A DNA stretch of 64,000 bases from Torpedo marmorata (GCA_977017645.1 OZ360238.1:26536001-26600000), one strand, 5' to 3'. Positions 50,505-62,960 are shown, counted from the stretch's first letter. Notes: a model not told the origin generated them from the letters alone. Numbers and translations are program-made.

Positions 50505-50760
50505 GAGTGAAACATGAAAGTCTGCAGACACTGTGATTGTAGTAAAAACACACAGAAATGCTGGAGCAACTCAGCCGGTCTCGCAGCGTCCATAGGAGGT
50601 AAAGATATATTACTGACGTTTCGGGCCTGAGGCCTTCTTCAAGGCAAAAGCAAAAAACAGGAAGGCATCTGAATAAAGACTGGAGTGGGAGGAGTCCAGT
50701 CCAACAGACTAAAGGTGTTAATTGAATATGATAAGGTGAGAATTGATAAGTTTTTGTTGC
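50505..50760 (-). mobile_element. Penelope-type pLTR with tail and upstream sequence
   Basis: Minus strand reads ccttgaagaaggcctcaggcccgaaacgtcagtaatatatc...ctgcagactttcatgtttcactc. Confidence 0.75.
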
Positions 50761-50969
50761 AGTCCGAGATTTGTCATGAGAGGGAACATGGGGAAAGGAA
50801 AAGTAAATGACCTGCACTGAGAGAGCATTATTTACAACCTCAGGAGGCCGTAAAGCACTTAAGAGCTAATGAAGTGTTGTTTCTGACGTGTCCTCTCAGT
50901 TGGAATGTTGGAAGCGTTGCAGAAAATTTGTACATAGCAAGCTCCTACTACAAACATAATAAAAGGAAT

Positions 50970-51640
50970 TTAGAGTCATCAAATCAGACAGTATAGGATA
51001 GGCCCTTCGACCCAACTTATCTGTGCCGACCAAGTTGGCATTCTGGGCATGTCCCATTTGCTTGCATTTAGTCCATATCCTTGGAAGGCTTTCCTCTCTA
51101 TAAATCTGTCCAAATGTCTTTTGAATGTTGTAACTTAGAACTTTGTAACTTTGAATGGTGCAATTTGGCCTGCTTCTACAGTTTCCTCCGGTACCTCCTT
51201 CCAGATACGGATCACCCCTCATGAAGACGTTGCTTCTCAGCAGCCTCTTAAACTTTCCCTTCTCAACTTAAACCTGTGTCCTCTAATTCTGGAATCATCT
51301 ACCCTGGGAAAAACTGTGTGTATTCAATTTATCCGTGCCTCACATTAAATTTTAAATTAAATTGAATTAAATTTCAATTTTATTTACAGCACGGTAGAAA
51401 CCTCTTCCAGCCATTTAAACCCATGCTGCCCAATTATACTCAAATTAACTTGTAACCTCGTACGTTTTGGAGGGGGGGAGGAAACTGGACCACCCAGAGG
51501 AAACCCACGCAGACGGGGGAGAACGTACAAACTCAGCACAGATAGCACCAGATTCGAACCAGGGTCGCTGGCACTGTAATAGCGACATGTTAACCGTGCC
51601 GCCCTCAACCGCCTTCGCTCCAAGAAATAAAGACCCAGTC
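50970..51640 (-). mobile_element. CR1 3' fragment with a nested V-SINE (~51350-51604, minus strand)
   Basis: CR1 tail and aaacctgtgtcctcta; SINE B box GGTTCGAATCT. Confidence 0.8.
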
Positions 51641-51719
51641 TCCCCTTTAGCTCGAGCCCTCAATTCTTTAGTGAAGTTCAGGGTAAGTATTAGCCAGGAC
51701 ATCAGGGATATTGTCCTCG

Positions 51720-51915
51720 TTCTCCTTAAAGTGCCACTTGGGAACATGGGTATCTACTTGCAAGAGCAAATGCAACCTTATTTCACAAACTTCTCAGAGT
51801 CAGAGATTTTTGACAGTGCAGCACTCCGTCAGTGCTAAGCTGCAATGCCAAGCTACATTTTTGAGCTCACTTTGTGATATTTGCAACTGAGCAATCAACT
51901 GAGCCACAATTGGCA
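51720..51915 (-). mobile_element. Ancient Deu-domain SINE-like remnant (SacSINE1/AmnSINE1-type)
   Basis: tgacagtgcagcactccgtcagtgct...gccaagctacatttttgagctca...caactgagccac resembles my recollection of the Deu-SINE core. Confidence 0.5.
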
Positions 51916-51999
51916 CTGGGAATTGAACTGGGAGGTGGAAATTCATGATGTTAGATGCACCACCTAAAATGCAATAAAGTGTCTATGCTGTTTAGTGAT

Positions 52000-52290
52000 T
52001 TGAAGGTCCTCGGGCATTGAAGGCTTCCTGATCGTGCCGGAGCTTTGGATCTGGAGCTCGGGTTGCCGATGAATCGAACAGGAGTCTGTGCGGCTGCAGA
52101 GGCTGTGGGAGCGCTGGAGGCGAATCCACGGAATCTCAGTGACTCTGAAGGGACTCTCTTTTGCCTCTCTTTTTCTCTTACTGAAAGGGGCGCTGGATGA
52201 CACTATACAGGCAGAAGACAATTTTGTGTAATATTACTTGTTCTGCATTATTACATGACAATAAAGGAATTCTGAATCTTGAATCTTGAA
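52000..52290 (+). mobile_element. 3' part of the GC-rich non-autonomous retroposon
   Basis: ggatctggagctcgggttgccgatg...gcgctggaggcgaatc...atgacaataaaggaattctgaatcttgaatcttgaa. Confidence 0.85.
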
Positions 52291-52699
52291 GGGCATTATA
52301 AGCACAGCACATATTGCAAAAATGCACGGGAAATTTTTTCATCACAATGCCTAAAAATAAAATTCATGTCCCTTTCTCACAGGGACTTTCTTCAGTTTCC
52401 ATTCCTTCCTACATTCCTCCTTTCTTTCCAGATCTTCAAACCCCAACCCTCATCAACCCCCATGGAACTGACCATCACTACAGCCTGTTATTTACAATCC
52501 CATTAACAAGTGGCATTACCGGTGTCCTAGAACTCCTCAGAGAACCATCTTCTGCCCCCACACAGGAGTTCAGTCAATCCAAAGAGCTTTTTAAAACAAA
52601 GAACTCTCATGCTGTTAAACGCGGAAAAGCATTGCTGCTTTTTTTATTGTAGTCTTTGATAGGAATATAATCAGATATGTAGCAAAAGCATTGAGCCAG

Positions 52700-52990
52700 A
52701 ACTATACAGCATAGAAACAGGCCCATCAGCCTACTGAGTGTGCACAAACTACCAAGCATCTATTCACGCTCATCCTTGTCCAGGCTCCCTTTATTTGCCC
52801 CGCATTCCTCCTAACTTCTGCTTCTAAACAACACCATCGGGGCAAATTACAGCAGTCAATTGACTTAACAGCCCACAAGCCTTTGGGATGTTGGAGGTAA
52901 CCGATGTGGCGAAGGAGGCGATATGCAAACGCCACACAGACATTGCCGGAATCAGGATTGCGACTGGGTGGCTGGAACTGTGGGGCAGAA
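52700..52990 (-). mobile_element. Older V-domain SINE
   Basis: acagcatagaaacaggcc tail; ctttgggatgttggagg; atgcaaacgccacacagac. Confidence 0.65.
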
Positions 52991-54999
52991 GCTCTGGTAA
53001 ATGTGGCACTTGGTAGAATTTATGCTTCTGCTTCACATAAGCCATTTTCACTTTCCATTCCTTATGGCATTCATCTTCACCAGAGGATGCAGTATGTTCA
53101 TGACAATGAAATATCCACAATTTTCTTCAAAAGGTTATGGACACCATTGAAATGACTGTATCTAGAAACATTGGATCACCCATTCTGGTTGCTCTGTTAA
53201 ATGCCATATCTACCCTACCCTGTTCAAACTCAATGAAGCAAGTTTCAGTCAGACTAAATTGCACAGCTTAAATTCAAGTATAAATTTGATAAAAATATTA
53301 TATAGGACCTCAAAGTGAGATTATATAGCAAGTAAATGGGGCATACGGATCTCATAGATTCACAACTTGAGTAACAGTCAAGGCATTGCAACTGTCAGCA
53401 CTGCTTCTGCCTTATGAAGGGGAGATATTGGCCAAAAGAGGAATAGGTACACAAGATGTCTTTAATGGGTTAAAGTGGTCTCCCTTTACTTAATGGAAGT
53501 GTAAACATTATTTATATATCTGATTGACGTGCTTACTGTACAGTAACCTGCTGCTTTTATAAAATGCAAATGTGTGAAAAACTGAAGTGAGAGTTGCCTG
53601 ACCTTTTTAAACCATCTGTGTCTGAAAAAAAAAGAGAATTCACAACCCCCCTTCTGCTTACCTGCAATTTTAATGACCTCTTCTCTTAAATCAAATCACA
53701 TGGTTCCTATAAAGGTACTGTATTCATTTAAAAAAATATTTAAAAGTATATTTCTTGATGAGAAAACAAGGTGTGAAGGATATTTTCCAGAGCAACAATG
53801 AAAACCAGATGACAATCTTTCTACCACAGGAGAGCTTTATTACAAAAGGATGTAATCTTCAAACACTTTTCGGCTGCCTAGGAACGAAAATGGAGAAAAC
53901 ATGAGCACACAATGGCAGGTGATTTATAGACTGCAGGCATGCAGAGCGAAAGCAGCCAACAATTAAGCAAAAAATTGTTAGTATTATATGAGAAAGGTCT
54001 AATGCATTCCAAGGACACACAAATCCCAGACCAAGGAAAAAAAGGAGAGAGATTAATCAGCATGAAAATATTCAGAATAGCTTTGGATGAAGAGGAAAAT
54101 GAGTGGGAAAAGGTATATATCTCTGTTAATTCTTTCAAGATCTAAATATATATTTCTCCATTTCCGCTCTTTCTAAAGGTGCCATGGAACTGCTTTTCAT
54201 TTCTTTCTTCGTATTTCTTAAGTAACTTGGTGATTATTGGTACAAAACAAATGCATGGTATAGTCCTGTCTGGGGTTAAAGGGAAGGCGAGAAACCCTTT
54301 CTAGCAGTGAAATATCAGTCCAATCCTCAGCTACATATGTGAAATTCTATTTCTTTTACATCTGTGGCATTTCACTGTTATCCTGTTGCTAAAAAAAATT
54401 GGGGGACACAATGAGAGATTAATGGGCAGATCACATTCCATACAGCTGTTATGCACATGAATGCAGCAAGCAACCAGCATTTTAAACTTGTCTCCAAGAA
54501 TAATGATTGACCAACAATGAGAGGGTGAGAGTACACAAGCTGGAGGATACAATGGCTTTTCCTTGCACCGTTAAATTATTTTCAAAGGAATATCGCCATG
54601 GCTTCATTCCCTAAATCTGTTAAATGATAAAAATAGATTTTTTTCTTCTAAACTAAGGAATTTAAGGGGCCTATTTTAACCTACAAAGCTAAGTGATGCA
54701 GGAATCATTATAAAAAGATTAGAATTCCTCACCTTACCAAACTACTTCCCAAAATGGTCTTGATCAACAGAATGCCACGTCTGCTGATTCTGGAGTATTG
54801 TGTTCAGTTTTAGTCACCTAACTACAGGAAAGATATCAATCAAATTGAAAGAGTGCAGAGAAGATTTACTAAGATGTTGCTGGGACTTGAGGAACTGAGT
54901 TACAGGGAAAGGTTAAACAGGTTAGGACTTTATTCCCTGGAGCGTAGAAAAATGAGGGGAGATTTGATAGAGGTATTTAAAATTATGATGGGTATAGAT

Positions 55000-55370
55000 C
55001 AGTGGTTTTCAAACTGCCCCCCCTAAACTCACATTCCACCTTAAGCAATCCCTATGCCATAAGTGCTCTGTGATTGGCAAGAGATTGCTTAAGGTGGTAT
55101 GTGAGTGGGAAGGTTGAGAACCACTGCTCTAGACGCAACTGTTACTGAAATATTTTGCTTGATAAAAATTGTCATTGGCCCATTTCCTTTGGAGTTATGA
55201 AACCGTGCACATAACGAGTCAATTAAGTACGATTAAAACAGTGGTTTTCAAACTTTTGCTTCCCACTCACATACCACCTTAAGCAATCCCTTACTAATCA
55301 CAGAGCACTTATGGCATAGGGATTGCTTAAGGTGGAATGTGAATTTAGGGGGGCAGTTTGAAAACCACTG
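55000..55370. mobile_element. Composite hAT MITE (two inverted sub-MITEs and a spacer)
   Basis: TIR CAGTGGTTTTCAAACTGCCCCCC; 8-bp TSD GTATAGAT at 54992-54999 and 55371-55378; internal termini at 55126 and 55239. Confidence 0.92.
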
Positions 55371-55447
55371 GTATAGATAGAATAAAGTAGGCTTTTTCCA
55401 CTGAGGTTTGGTGAGATACAAACCAGAGGACACGGGTTCAGGGTGAA

Positions 55448-55665
55448 ATTTTAAATTTAGACATACAGCACAGTAACAGGCTATTTCGGCCGTGCCGCCC
55501 AATTTACACCCAATTAACCTACACCCCCGGTACATTCTGAAGGGTGGGAGGAAACCGGAGCCCCCGAGAAAAACCCACGCAGACACGGGAAGAACGTACA
55601 AACTCCTTACAGACAGCGCGGTTTTCGAACCCCGGTCCCGATCGCTGGCGCTAACCGCTACACCT
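55448..55665 (-). mobile_element. tRNA-derived V-domain SINE
   Basis: Reverse complement of the 47090 family. Confidence 0.9.
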
Positions 55666-55666
55666 T

Positions 55667-55827
55667 TAAATCTTCTCTGCACTCTTTCAATTTGATTGAT
55701 ATCTTTCCTGTAGTTAGGTGACCAAAACTGCACACAATACTCCAGAATCAGTAGACGTGGCATTCTGTTGATCAAGTCCATTTTGGGAAGTAGTTTGGTA
55801 AGGTGAGAAATTCTAATCTTTTTATAA
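55667..55827 (-). repeat. Inverted copy of 54708-54868
   Basis: 161-bp reverse-complement match with only a few substitutions. Confidence 0.93.
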
Positions 55828-56136
55828 GGGGAGAAGTTTAGGGGGAACATTAGGGAGAATTTCTTCACAAAGAGTGTGGTGAAAGTATGGAACGAACTGC
55901 CAGCTGAAGTGGTGAATGCATGCTCAATTTTAACATTTAAGAAAAATTTGGACAGGTACATGGATGGGAGGGGTATGAAGGGATAAGGAAGAGGTGCAGG
56001 TCAGTGGGACTAGGCAGAATAATAGATCGCACAGACTGGAAGGGCCAAAGGGCCTGTTTTCTGTGCTGTAATGTTCTACGGGTCTATGGAGGTATACAGC
56101 TCCCTGCTCTCTACTTTTATTTCTGAATGTGTTTAG

Positions 56137-57310
56137 ACCATAAGACATAGGAGAGGAATTAGGCCATTCAGTCTATCCCATCAGTCCATCACGGCTGATT
56201 TGAAGCCCCATTTTCCTACCTTCTCCCTATAACTCTTGATTCCCTTCCTAATTGAGAGCTGAGCTACCTCTGTCTTAAATATCCCTGATGACGTTGGCCT
56301 CCACAGCCATCTGAGATAATGAAGGCTGCATATTCACCACCCTCTGGGTAAGAAAAATCCTCATCTCATCTCTGTTCCAAATGGAGATTTCCATATTCTG
56401 AGGTTGTGCCCTCTGATCCCAGATTCCCCAACCATAGGAAATGTCCTCTCCACATCCACTCTGTCCAGGCCTTTCAGAATTAAATAGGTTTCAATAAGAT
56501 CCCTCTCATTCTTCTGAACTCCAGCAAGTACAGTCCCAGAGCCATCAAACACTCGTATGCTAATCCTTTCATTCCGGGATCATTTAAGTGAACCTCCTTT
56601 GGACCCTTTCTAATGCCAACACATCCTTCCTAAGATAATGAGCCCAAACTGATCACAAAACTCCAAGTGTGGTCTGACCAATGCCTTATAAATCCTCAAC
56701 ATTACCTCTCTGCTTTTATATTCTATCCCTCTGGAGATGAATGCTATCATTACATATGCCTTCATTACCCCCAACTCTACTTGCAAGTTAACCTTCAAGG
56801 AATCTTGCACGAGGACTCCCAAGTCCCTTTGCACCTCTGATTCTGAACTCATTGCCCATTTTAAAAATAGTTTACACCTTTATTCCTTCCACCAAAGTAC
56901 ATCATACTCTTCTCTATACCAAACACCATCTGCCATTTCCCTGCTCAATCTCCGAACCTGCTTAAATTCCTCTGCAGTCTCAGTGCTTCCTCAACTCTAC
57001 CTGCCCCTCCTCCTATCTTTATATCATCCACAAAGCCATCAATTCATCATCCAAATTATTGACATATAAGATGAAAAGAAGCGGCCCAAGCACCGAGCCC
57101 TGCGGAACACCACTAGTCACCGGCAGCCAACCAGAAAAGGCCCCTTTAATCCCCACTCTCTGCCTCCTGCCAGTCAGCCAATCTTCGATCCATGCTAATA
57201 TCTTTCCTTTAATATCATGGGCTCTTAACTTGATTCGCAGCCTCAGGTGTGGCACCTTCTGAAAGGCCTTCTGAAAATCCAAATAAATGACATCCACTGA
57301 CTCTACTTTC
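56137..57310 (-). mobile_element. CR1 LINE 5'-truncated copy
   Basis: DVIYLDFQKAF, SGVPQGSVLGPLLF, QRDLGVLVQDSLKV, ALVRPHLE. Confidence 0.93.
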
Positions 57311-57320
57311 TGCGTCAGTT

Positions 57321-58120
57321 TAGATTCAATTTATTGTCATTGTAATAAAACAGTGTCATATTACATGAAATTGCTTTTGCCTGCTGTAAGGCAGACAGAT
57401 TTGCCATCTGCAGAAATTGCCTGAAGCGCCTCTTACAGTCAGAGAAAGAGAAGCAAAAGAGAGTCCCCCCAGAGTCAACGAGTGCCCATAGATTCGCCTC
57501 CAGCGCTTCTGCAGCCACACGGATTCCAGTCCAAACCATCGGCAACACGAGCTCCAGATCCGAACCTCCGACACGGTCAGGAACCCTTCAGCGCCTTCGT
57601 CTTCAGCACCCCTTCGCATCCCGGTTCCGATACCTGGTACCCCTTCAGCCAATTTCGAGCCAGTCTCCAGCAGTCCGCAGCCCGGCGCGAGTCTCCCGAC
57701 AGCAGTCTCCAGCAGCCCGCAGCCTCCGTGGGTTCCTCGCCTCGAGTCGCCAGCAGCCCGCCACGTGCATTGGTCTTTCAGCCGCAGAGCCCCCTCACTG
57801 GTCTGCCGTCGTGGTCACCGTCCCGTGGGTCGTCTCTTCTGCTTCTCCTTCTCAGACGGGGGATGGTCTCCCCGTTTTCTGGTGCCCTGCGCCAGTCCTC
57901 CGCTCCCCTGGAGTCTGCAAACCCTCGTGGCTGTTGCCGATCAGAGGCGCCGCCATCTTGGGTGCAGACCCCGCGGTCACGGGATTTTAAATAAAACTAC
58001 CGTCGGCTCCTTTAACGGGCCGTTCAAAGCCTGTGCGGAGCTCACGGCAGTTGACTGGGTGGTTGGACCCCGCGGGAGCGCTGTATCTCCGCTCCTCGTG
58101 CCCCGCACCAACGGCAGCGC
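57321..58120 (-). mobile_element. ~800-bp GC/CpG-rich non-coding retroposon, apparently full length
   Basis: Tail ATGACAATAAATTGAATCT; YY1 motif CAAGATGGCGGC (57949-57960); internal repeats at 57661-57763; candidate TSD CG(T/C)CAGTT at 57313-57320 and 58121-58128. Confidence 0.75.
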
Positions 58121-58230
58121 CGCCAGTTGTTCATTTTTTTCTTTTGTTCAGTGCTGATTTTTTTCATTGTTCTGCTTACAATGGCTTCTGCTTTCTTTTG
58201 CTAAGTTGTGGTTCCAAAGGTTCTGGGAGC

Positions 58231-58608
58231 CATAGAACCATAGAATACTACAGCACAAATCAGGCCCCTTCGGCCCTTCTAGTCTGTGCTGAACCAGTTT
58301 TTTTGCCTATTCCCACTGACCTGCACCCAGTCCATAGCCCTCCATACCTCTCCCATCCACGTACCTGTCCAAATTCTTAAATGTTAAAATTGAGCCCGCA
58401 TTCACCACCTTAGCTGGCAGCTCGTTCCAAACTCCCACCACTCTCTGTGTGAAGATGTTTCCCCTCACGTTCCCCCTAAACTTTACCCCTTTCTCTCTTA
58501 ACCCATGTCCTCTAGTTTGTATCTCACGTACCCTCAGTGGACAAAGCCTATCTACATTTACTCTGTCTATGCCCCTCATAATTTTAAATACCTCTATCAA
58601 ATTTCCCA
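58231..58608 (-). mobile_element. CR1 LINE 3' fragment
   Basis: GNLIEVFKIMRGIDRV...QTRGHG...FTQRVVGVWNEL. Confidence 0.92.
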
Positions 58609-58669
58609 TCGCCATATGCTGCTTTGCCTGGTTCCTCCTCTGCTCAACAGATCACTCAGGACATGGTAC

Positions 58670-59237
58670 ACATTGTCGATGTCAATGCAATAACGAAGAA
58701 GGGTCGCCAGCAGTGATACTTCGTGAGAAGTTTGAGGAGATTTGGTCTGTCACCAAAGACTTGCAAATTTCTACAGGTGTACCATGGAGAGCATTCTGAC
58801 TGGTTGCATCACCGTCTGGTATGGAGGCGCCAATGCACAGGACAAGAAAAAACTATGGAGAGTTGTGAACTCGGCCGGCGCCATTATGGGCATCTGTCTC
58901 CACTCCATTGAGGACATCTACAGGAGGCGGTGTCTTAAGAAAGCAGCCTCTAACCTCCAGGACTCTCACCACCCAGGCCATGCCCTCTTCACACTGCTAC
59001 CATCGGAAAGGAGGTATAGGAGCCTGAAGATGAACACTCAATGGTACAGAAACAGCTTCTTACCCTCCACCATCAAGTTTCTGAATGGACAATGAACCAC
59101 AGACATTAACTCACTTTCTCTTCTTTTGTACAAATGTATTTTTTTTAAATGCAATTTAGAGCAACTTTGCACCTGTAATGCTGCCGCAAAACAACAAATT
59201 TTGTGACGTTCACGACAATAAATTTTGACTGATTCTA
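58670..59237 (+). mobile_element. Rex1 3' fragment
   Basis: NFYRCTMESILTGCITVWYGG...PSTIKFLNGQ and tail. Confidence 0.92.
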
Positions 59238-59898
59238 GAAGAGCATGATGGACAGGCATCAGGTATATCAATCAGTCATTCCATGCCTCCACTATCACTT
59301 CACTATGATTGATTTCACATCCAGCCAGGAATTAGTTTAGATCTACCGTTACTGTAAAAGAAAGGATAGGGGGTCAAATCATTGCTCTATTGGCTTTAAC
59401 TTTGTTGTGGAATATTTCTGTTCATCACCATTTCCTCTCTTACATTTTCTTTTGATGCAATCCTGTGATACCTCAGGCGAATGGGTATAATTAATATTAG
59501 ACACTTCAAACTGTGATTATTTACTGACCATTCAAAGATGCAGAAAATTTAAAATGAGAACTGAAGGAGGCACAGTTACAATTTACAAACAAATTTCTCA
59601 AGTAACACCAAAAAATATTTAATATTGTGCCCTACTGTGCCTCACTGAATAGCAAATGATACTTTGTTTATCTCTACTGTGATGAAATAACGCCACATAT
59701 GCTGTGAAAATCTTGTTCAAAGACACTGAATTAATGAAAGAATTTGAAAGATTTGAAAGCTCAACAAAGAAAGGCTTAAAATTCAATAATCGTCTGCATT
59801 GCAACAATGTCCTCAATAGTTAGGATCTATTTAGATGCTAAGCACATAAAACAGTGCACAAGAAATAAAGTTTTGTAAAAAGCTAACATCAAATGTGT

Positions 59899-60135
59899 TC
59901 AGAATCAGAATTTATTGTCACGAACAAGTCATGAAATTCGGTGTTTTGCGGCAGCATCATAGTGCAAACCTTCATATTATCACCATTTTACGACATTACT
60001 ATAAAAAAATATAAATAATAGTGCACGAAAAATAAGGCAGTGTCTTTGGTTCATTGATTATTCAGGAATCTGATGGCAGCGGGGAAGAAGGTGTTCTTGT
60101 GCCGTTGAGTGCTCGTCTTCAGGCTCCTGTACCTT
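59899..60135 (-). mobile_element. Rex1 3' end, copy-A subfamily
   Basis: Close match to 11532-11770. Confidence 0.9.
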
Positions 60136-60395
60136 TACCTTGGCATTAATCAAAGCAGCAGGATTTCCAACACTCAAACCTCATCTTCTTATTCAAATAC
60201 CATTCTGAAGATCCATGCAAATTAGATGTGAACAAACTAGAAGTTTCTAAATTTAAATTTGCCCCTTACTGTAAATTAGTCACCAAAAAAGGCAAATTCA
60301 CAACTTACTGGTTTTTTTTTCTGACAGAGAAACAGTGTTATGTTATATTTTGAGGAAACCATGTAATTCACTCAAGGGATTCTCTCTATGTATTC

Positions 60396-60679
60396 TTCAA
60401 AGTTCAGATTTATTGTCAGAGTACAGACATGACATCACATACAACCCTGAGATTCTTTTTTCAGCAGGTGAGGCAAAATTTCTACTTATCAGCAGTGCAA
60501 ACTGTACTCAAGAAAAGATATGCATACAAAAGAGAGAAATGTAAACAAATAAAAGTGCAAACAAACTGGCAATACAGAAAATAAATATTCAGTAAAAAAT
60601 AATGTGCAAAGTAAGAGTCCTTAAATGAGCTTCTGATTGAGTTTGTTGTTTGGAGTCTGATGGTGGATGGGTAGCAGTT
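60396..60679 (-). mobile_element. Rex1 3' end, second subfamily
   Basis: NCYPSTIRL; tail tctgacaataaatctgaacttt. Confidence 0.9.
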
Positions 60680-61289
60680 ATCCAACTATCAAATGTGGTC
60701 ATAATACAGAATTACAATCAAATCTTAGTTTCCTTAAATGCTTCCGGTTAATATTTCTGATGGGGTTTTCAGCCGGAAATGTTACTCTGCTTCCCTTTGC
60801 ACAGGTGCTGCCCGGCCCTCAGTTTATCCAACTTCTCCTGTTTCCATTTCAGATTTTCAGCATCTGCAGTTTTTATTTCTTTTCGGTTGATACTTCAAAG
60901 TGTTCCTTTGACAGATGACAACAGCAATTGATAATTGGAAGAAAGTTTTTTTTTTTACACACACATCCAGTTAGCCTCAATTAATATTTGCTTTTTATTT
61001 TGATTCAAAGCAAACAGTGGGAAGCTTCCATCTGCTGTATTAAAATCTTATGCAGGAACAAAGACTATACAAACCCTAAATATGATGTTGAGTCTATTAG
61101 CTTTCAGGCTCAGTGACTGGACTTGCGCACACGGGATATGCATTTATCTTTTGCTCTTGAGTGCAATTTGAGATAACTCTTCAGCAAAGTGCTTCTTTTG
61201 AATAACGAAAATGTTATTTCGGCACATTCTATTGGTTTGTGAATTTACTGAACCAATTGCTGAACACTAATAAAACCCTTATCCACTTA

Positions 61290-61473
61290 GGACTCTTGCC
61301 TGTGGGTCTGTGCTCCTCCCCCTGTCCACCCCCTCCCCACACCATTTTGTTCGGGTGCCTGCTCACACCTTGATGAAGGGCTCAAACTCGAAACATTGGT
61401 TATGTATCTTTATCTTTGCTACATAAAGCATGCTGTTTGACCTGCTGAGTTTCTCCAGCATTTGTGTTTTTAC
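61290..61473 (+). mobile_element. Solo Penelope-type pLTR with a hammerhead-like core
   Basis: ccttgatgaagggctcaaactcgaaacattggttatgtatc...gacctgctgagtttctccagca. Confidence 0.8.
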
Positions 61474-62739
61474 TGCTGAACTCTAATTGCTGGAATTGTA
61501 CTGATCAATTGCCCAAAAGAATTTAAAATATAAGTAACACATCTATTAAAAATGACAGAATTGGCATGAAGCTGTTTAACAGTACAGCTAATATTATACC
61601 ACAAATACAACTCAATGGCTTTATGAACTTTCAGGTTATACTTTTCAATTAAGCTTTGATCTGTTCAATATTTAATGTCAAAAAATGTATCTGTTTTAAA
61701 GTTTTCTTAACGTAATGTCTGAGATTCAAAACACATGAGGCCTGGTACACTATTGATATTATGGCAACAAAATTATTAGTGATGTGGGTCCCAAAGACAG
61801 GAGTTAAGGAAAAGCAGTAGTATGGATGTTTTCTAGCAGAAGATAAACGGGAAAAATTATTTTAATTAGTAGAGACATAAAACTGCATTTTCTGGAATGG
61901 GGTCAACCGATATTTGTTCATTATTATCGTGTTCACTGGAAGCAAATATAGTTTTCAGTTTGAAAGTTAATCTCTCGGCTTCATTTTGATTCAAAATGTG
62001 GTGTTAGGTCTATTTTAACTTTTCAAGCTGATCACTTCTTAAATTTTAAGCATGGCATCAAAGTTTTTACATTGATCTACAAATAGACTTTTCACAATTC
62101 ACAATATAGGACACAGGCTAGCACTGGAACACACTGTACTTTGAAAGCTTAAACTTGGGCTAATCCACTCAACAATGGACAAACAACACTCCACGATGCC
62201 ACAATAAGCACACAGGAGTCGTGCGTCCACTAGTCCCTTTCATTCTCTTCAGTCAATGGCTTGTAACACGGCTTCTCCAGAGTCATAGAGTTCAGAGGTA
62301 CTTTGAAAAAAAAAATGTTAACCATAAATAAAAATTCTTGGCCTCAAGATTTTTTCCTGCATTGGCATCATCGAGACACTATCATTACCTCTTCTCCAAA
62401 CCAGTTATTCATTTACAAATCTCACAAAAAGAGATATCAGGGTATTTAACAGAAAGAAATATTTTAAAAGCATACTATTGCAATGTAACAAATATTGTAC
62501 CATCCCTTTAAAATATTTTACATCAGCCTTGAGTTGATCTGCAAGATGCAACATATCCAGTGAAATCTGAAATATTTCAAAACATAAACAAATAATTCAC
62601 CACTCCCACTTCAAACTGATGTCCTGCTAAGACTGGGGATGTTAAAAGAGGTTAATCTCCCAAACACACCTTGAAACTACCTTTAAAGTACCATATACAT
62701 GCCTTAGAATATTGTCTAGACATTCACCTCCGGATCTGT

Positions 62740-62960
62740 GTGGACGTGTAATGATACAGGCAGACCACTAAGCTGCTCTCTCTCCTCTTTCACAGCTCAG
62801 GTTCCAAAGAGACTAAAGAATGCCGACAATAAGATTTGGACAGATAAATCATTAATTTATGAGTGTAGTGCATCCGCTCGCTAATTAAAGTATATTCTCA
62901 ACAAAGTTCCAATTATTAGCCAATGACCTCATCCTCAGGTAGACCATTGTGTTTGTGTGA
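62740..62960. promoter_or_regulatory. Candidate conserved non-coding element
   Basis: GATAAATCATTAATTTATGA, CTAATTAA and CCAATTATTAG clustered in TE-free sequence. Confidence 0.35.

Larger units (their letters stand above)
54790..56088 (+). mobile_element. CR1 LINE 3' fragment carrying a composite MITE, a SINE and an inverted duplication
   Basis: LEYCVQF.SPNYRKDINQIERVQRRFT; interrupted at 55000-55370 and 55448-55827; tail ends ctgtaatgttctacg. Confidence 0.9.

Noticed and set aside
53939-54145. 68-aa ORF with a protein-like acidic end (ALDEEENEWEK)
   Set aside because: No recognisable family and no convincing acceptor; it is purine-rich sequence.
57482-58157. 170-aa and 130-aa GC-rich ORFs, or a host CpG-island promoter
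   Set aside because: Low-complexity Ser/Pro/Arg translations inside a multi-copy retroposon; open frames are expected at this GC content.
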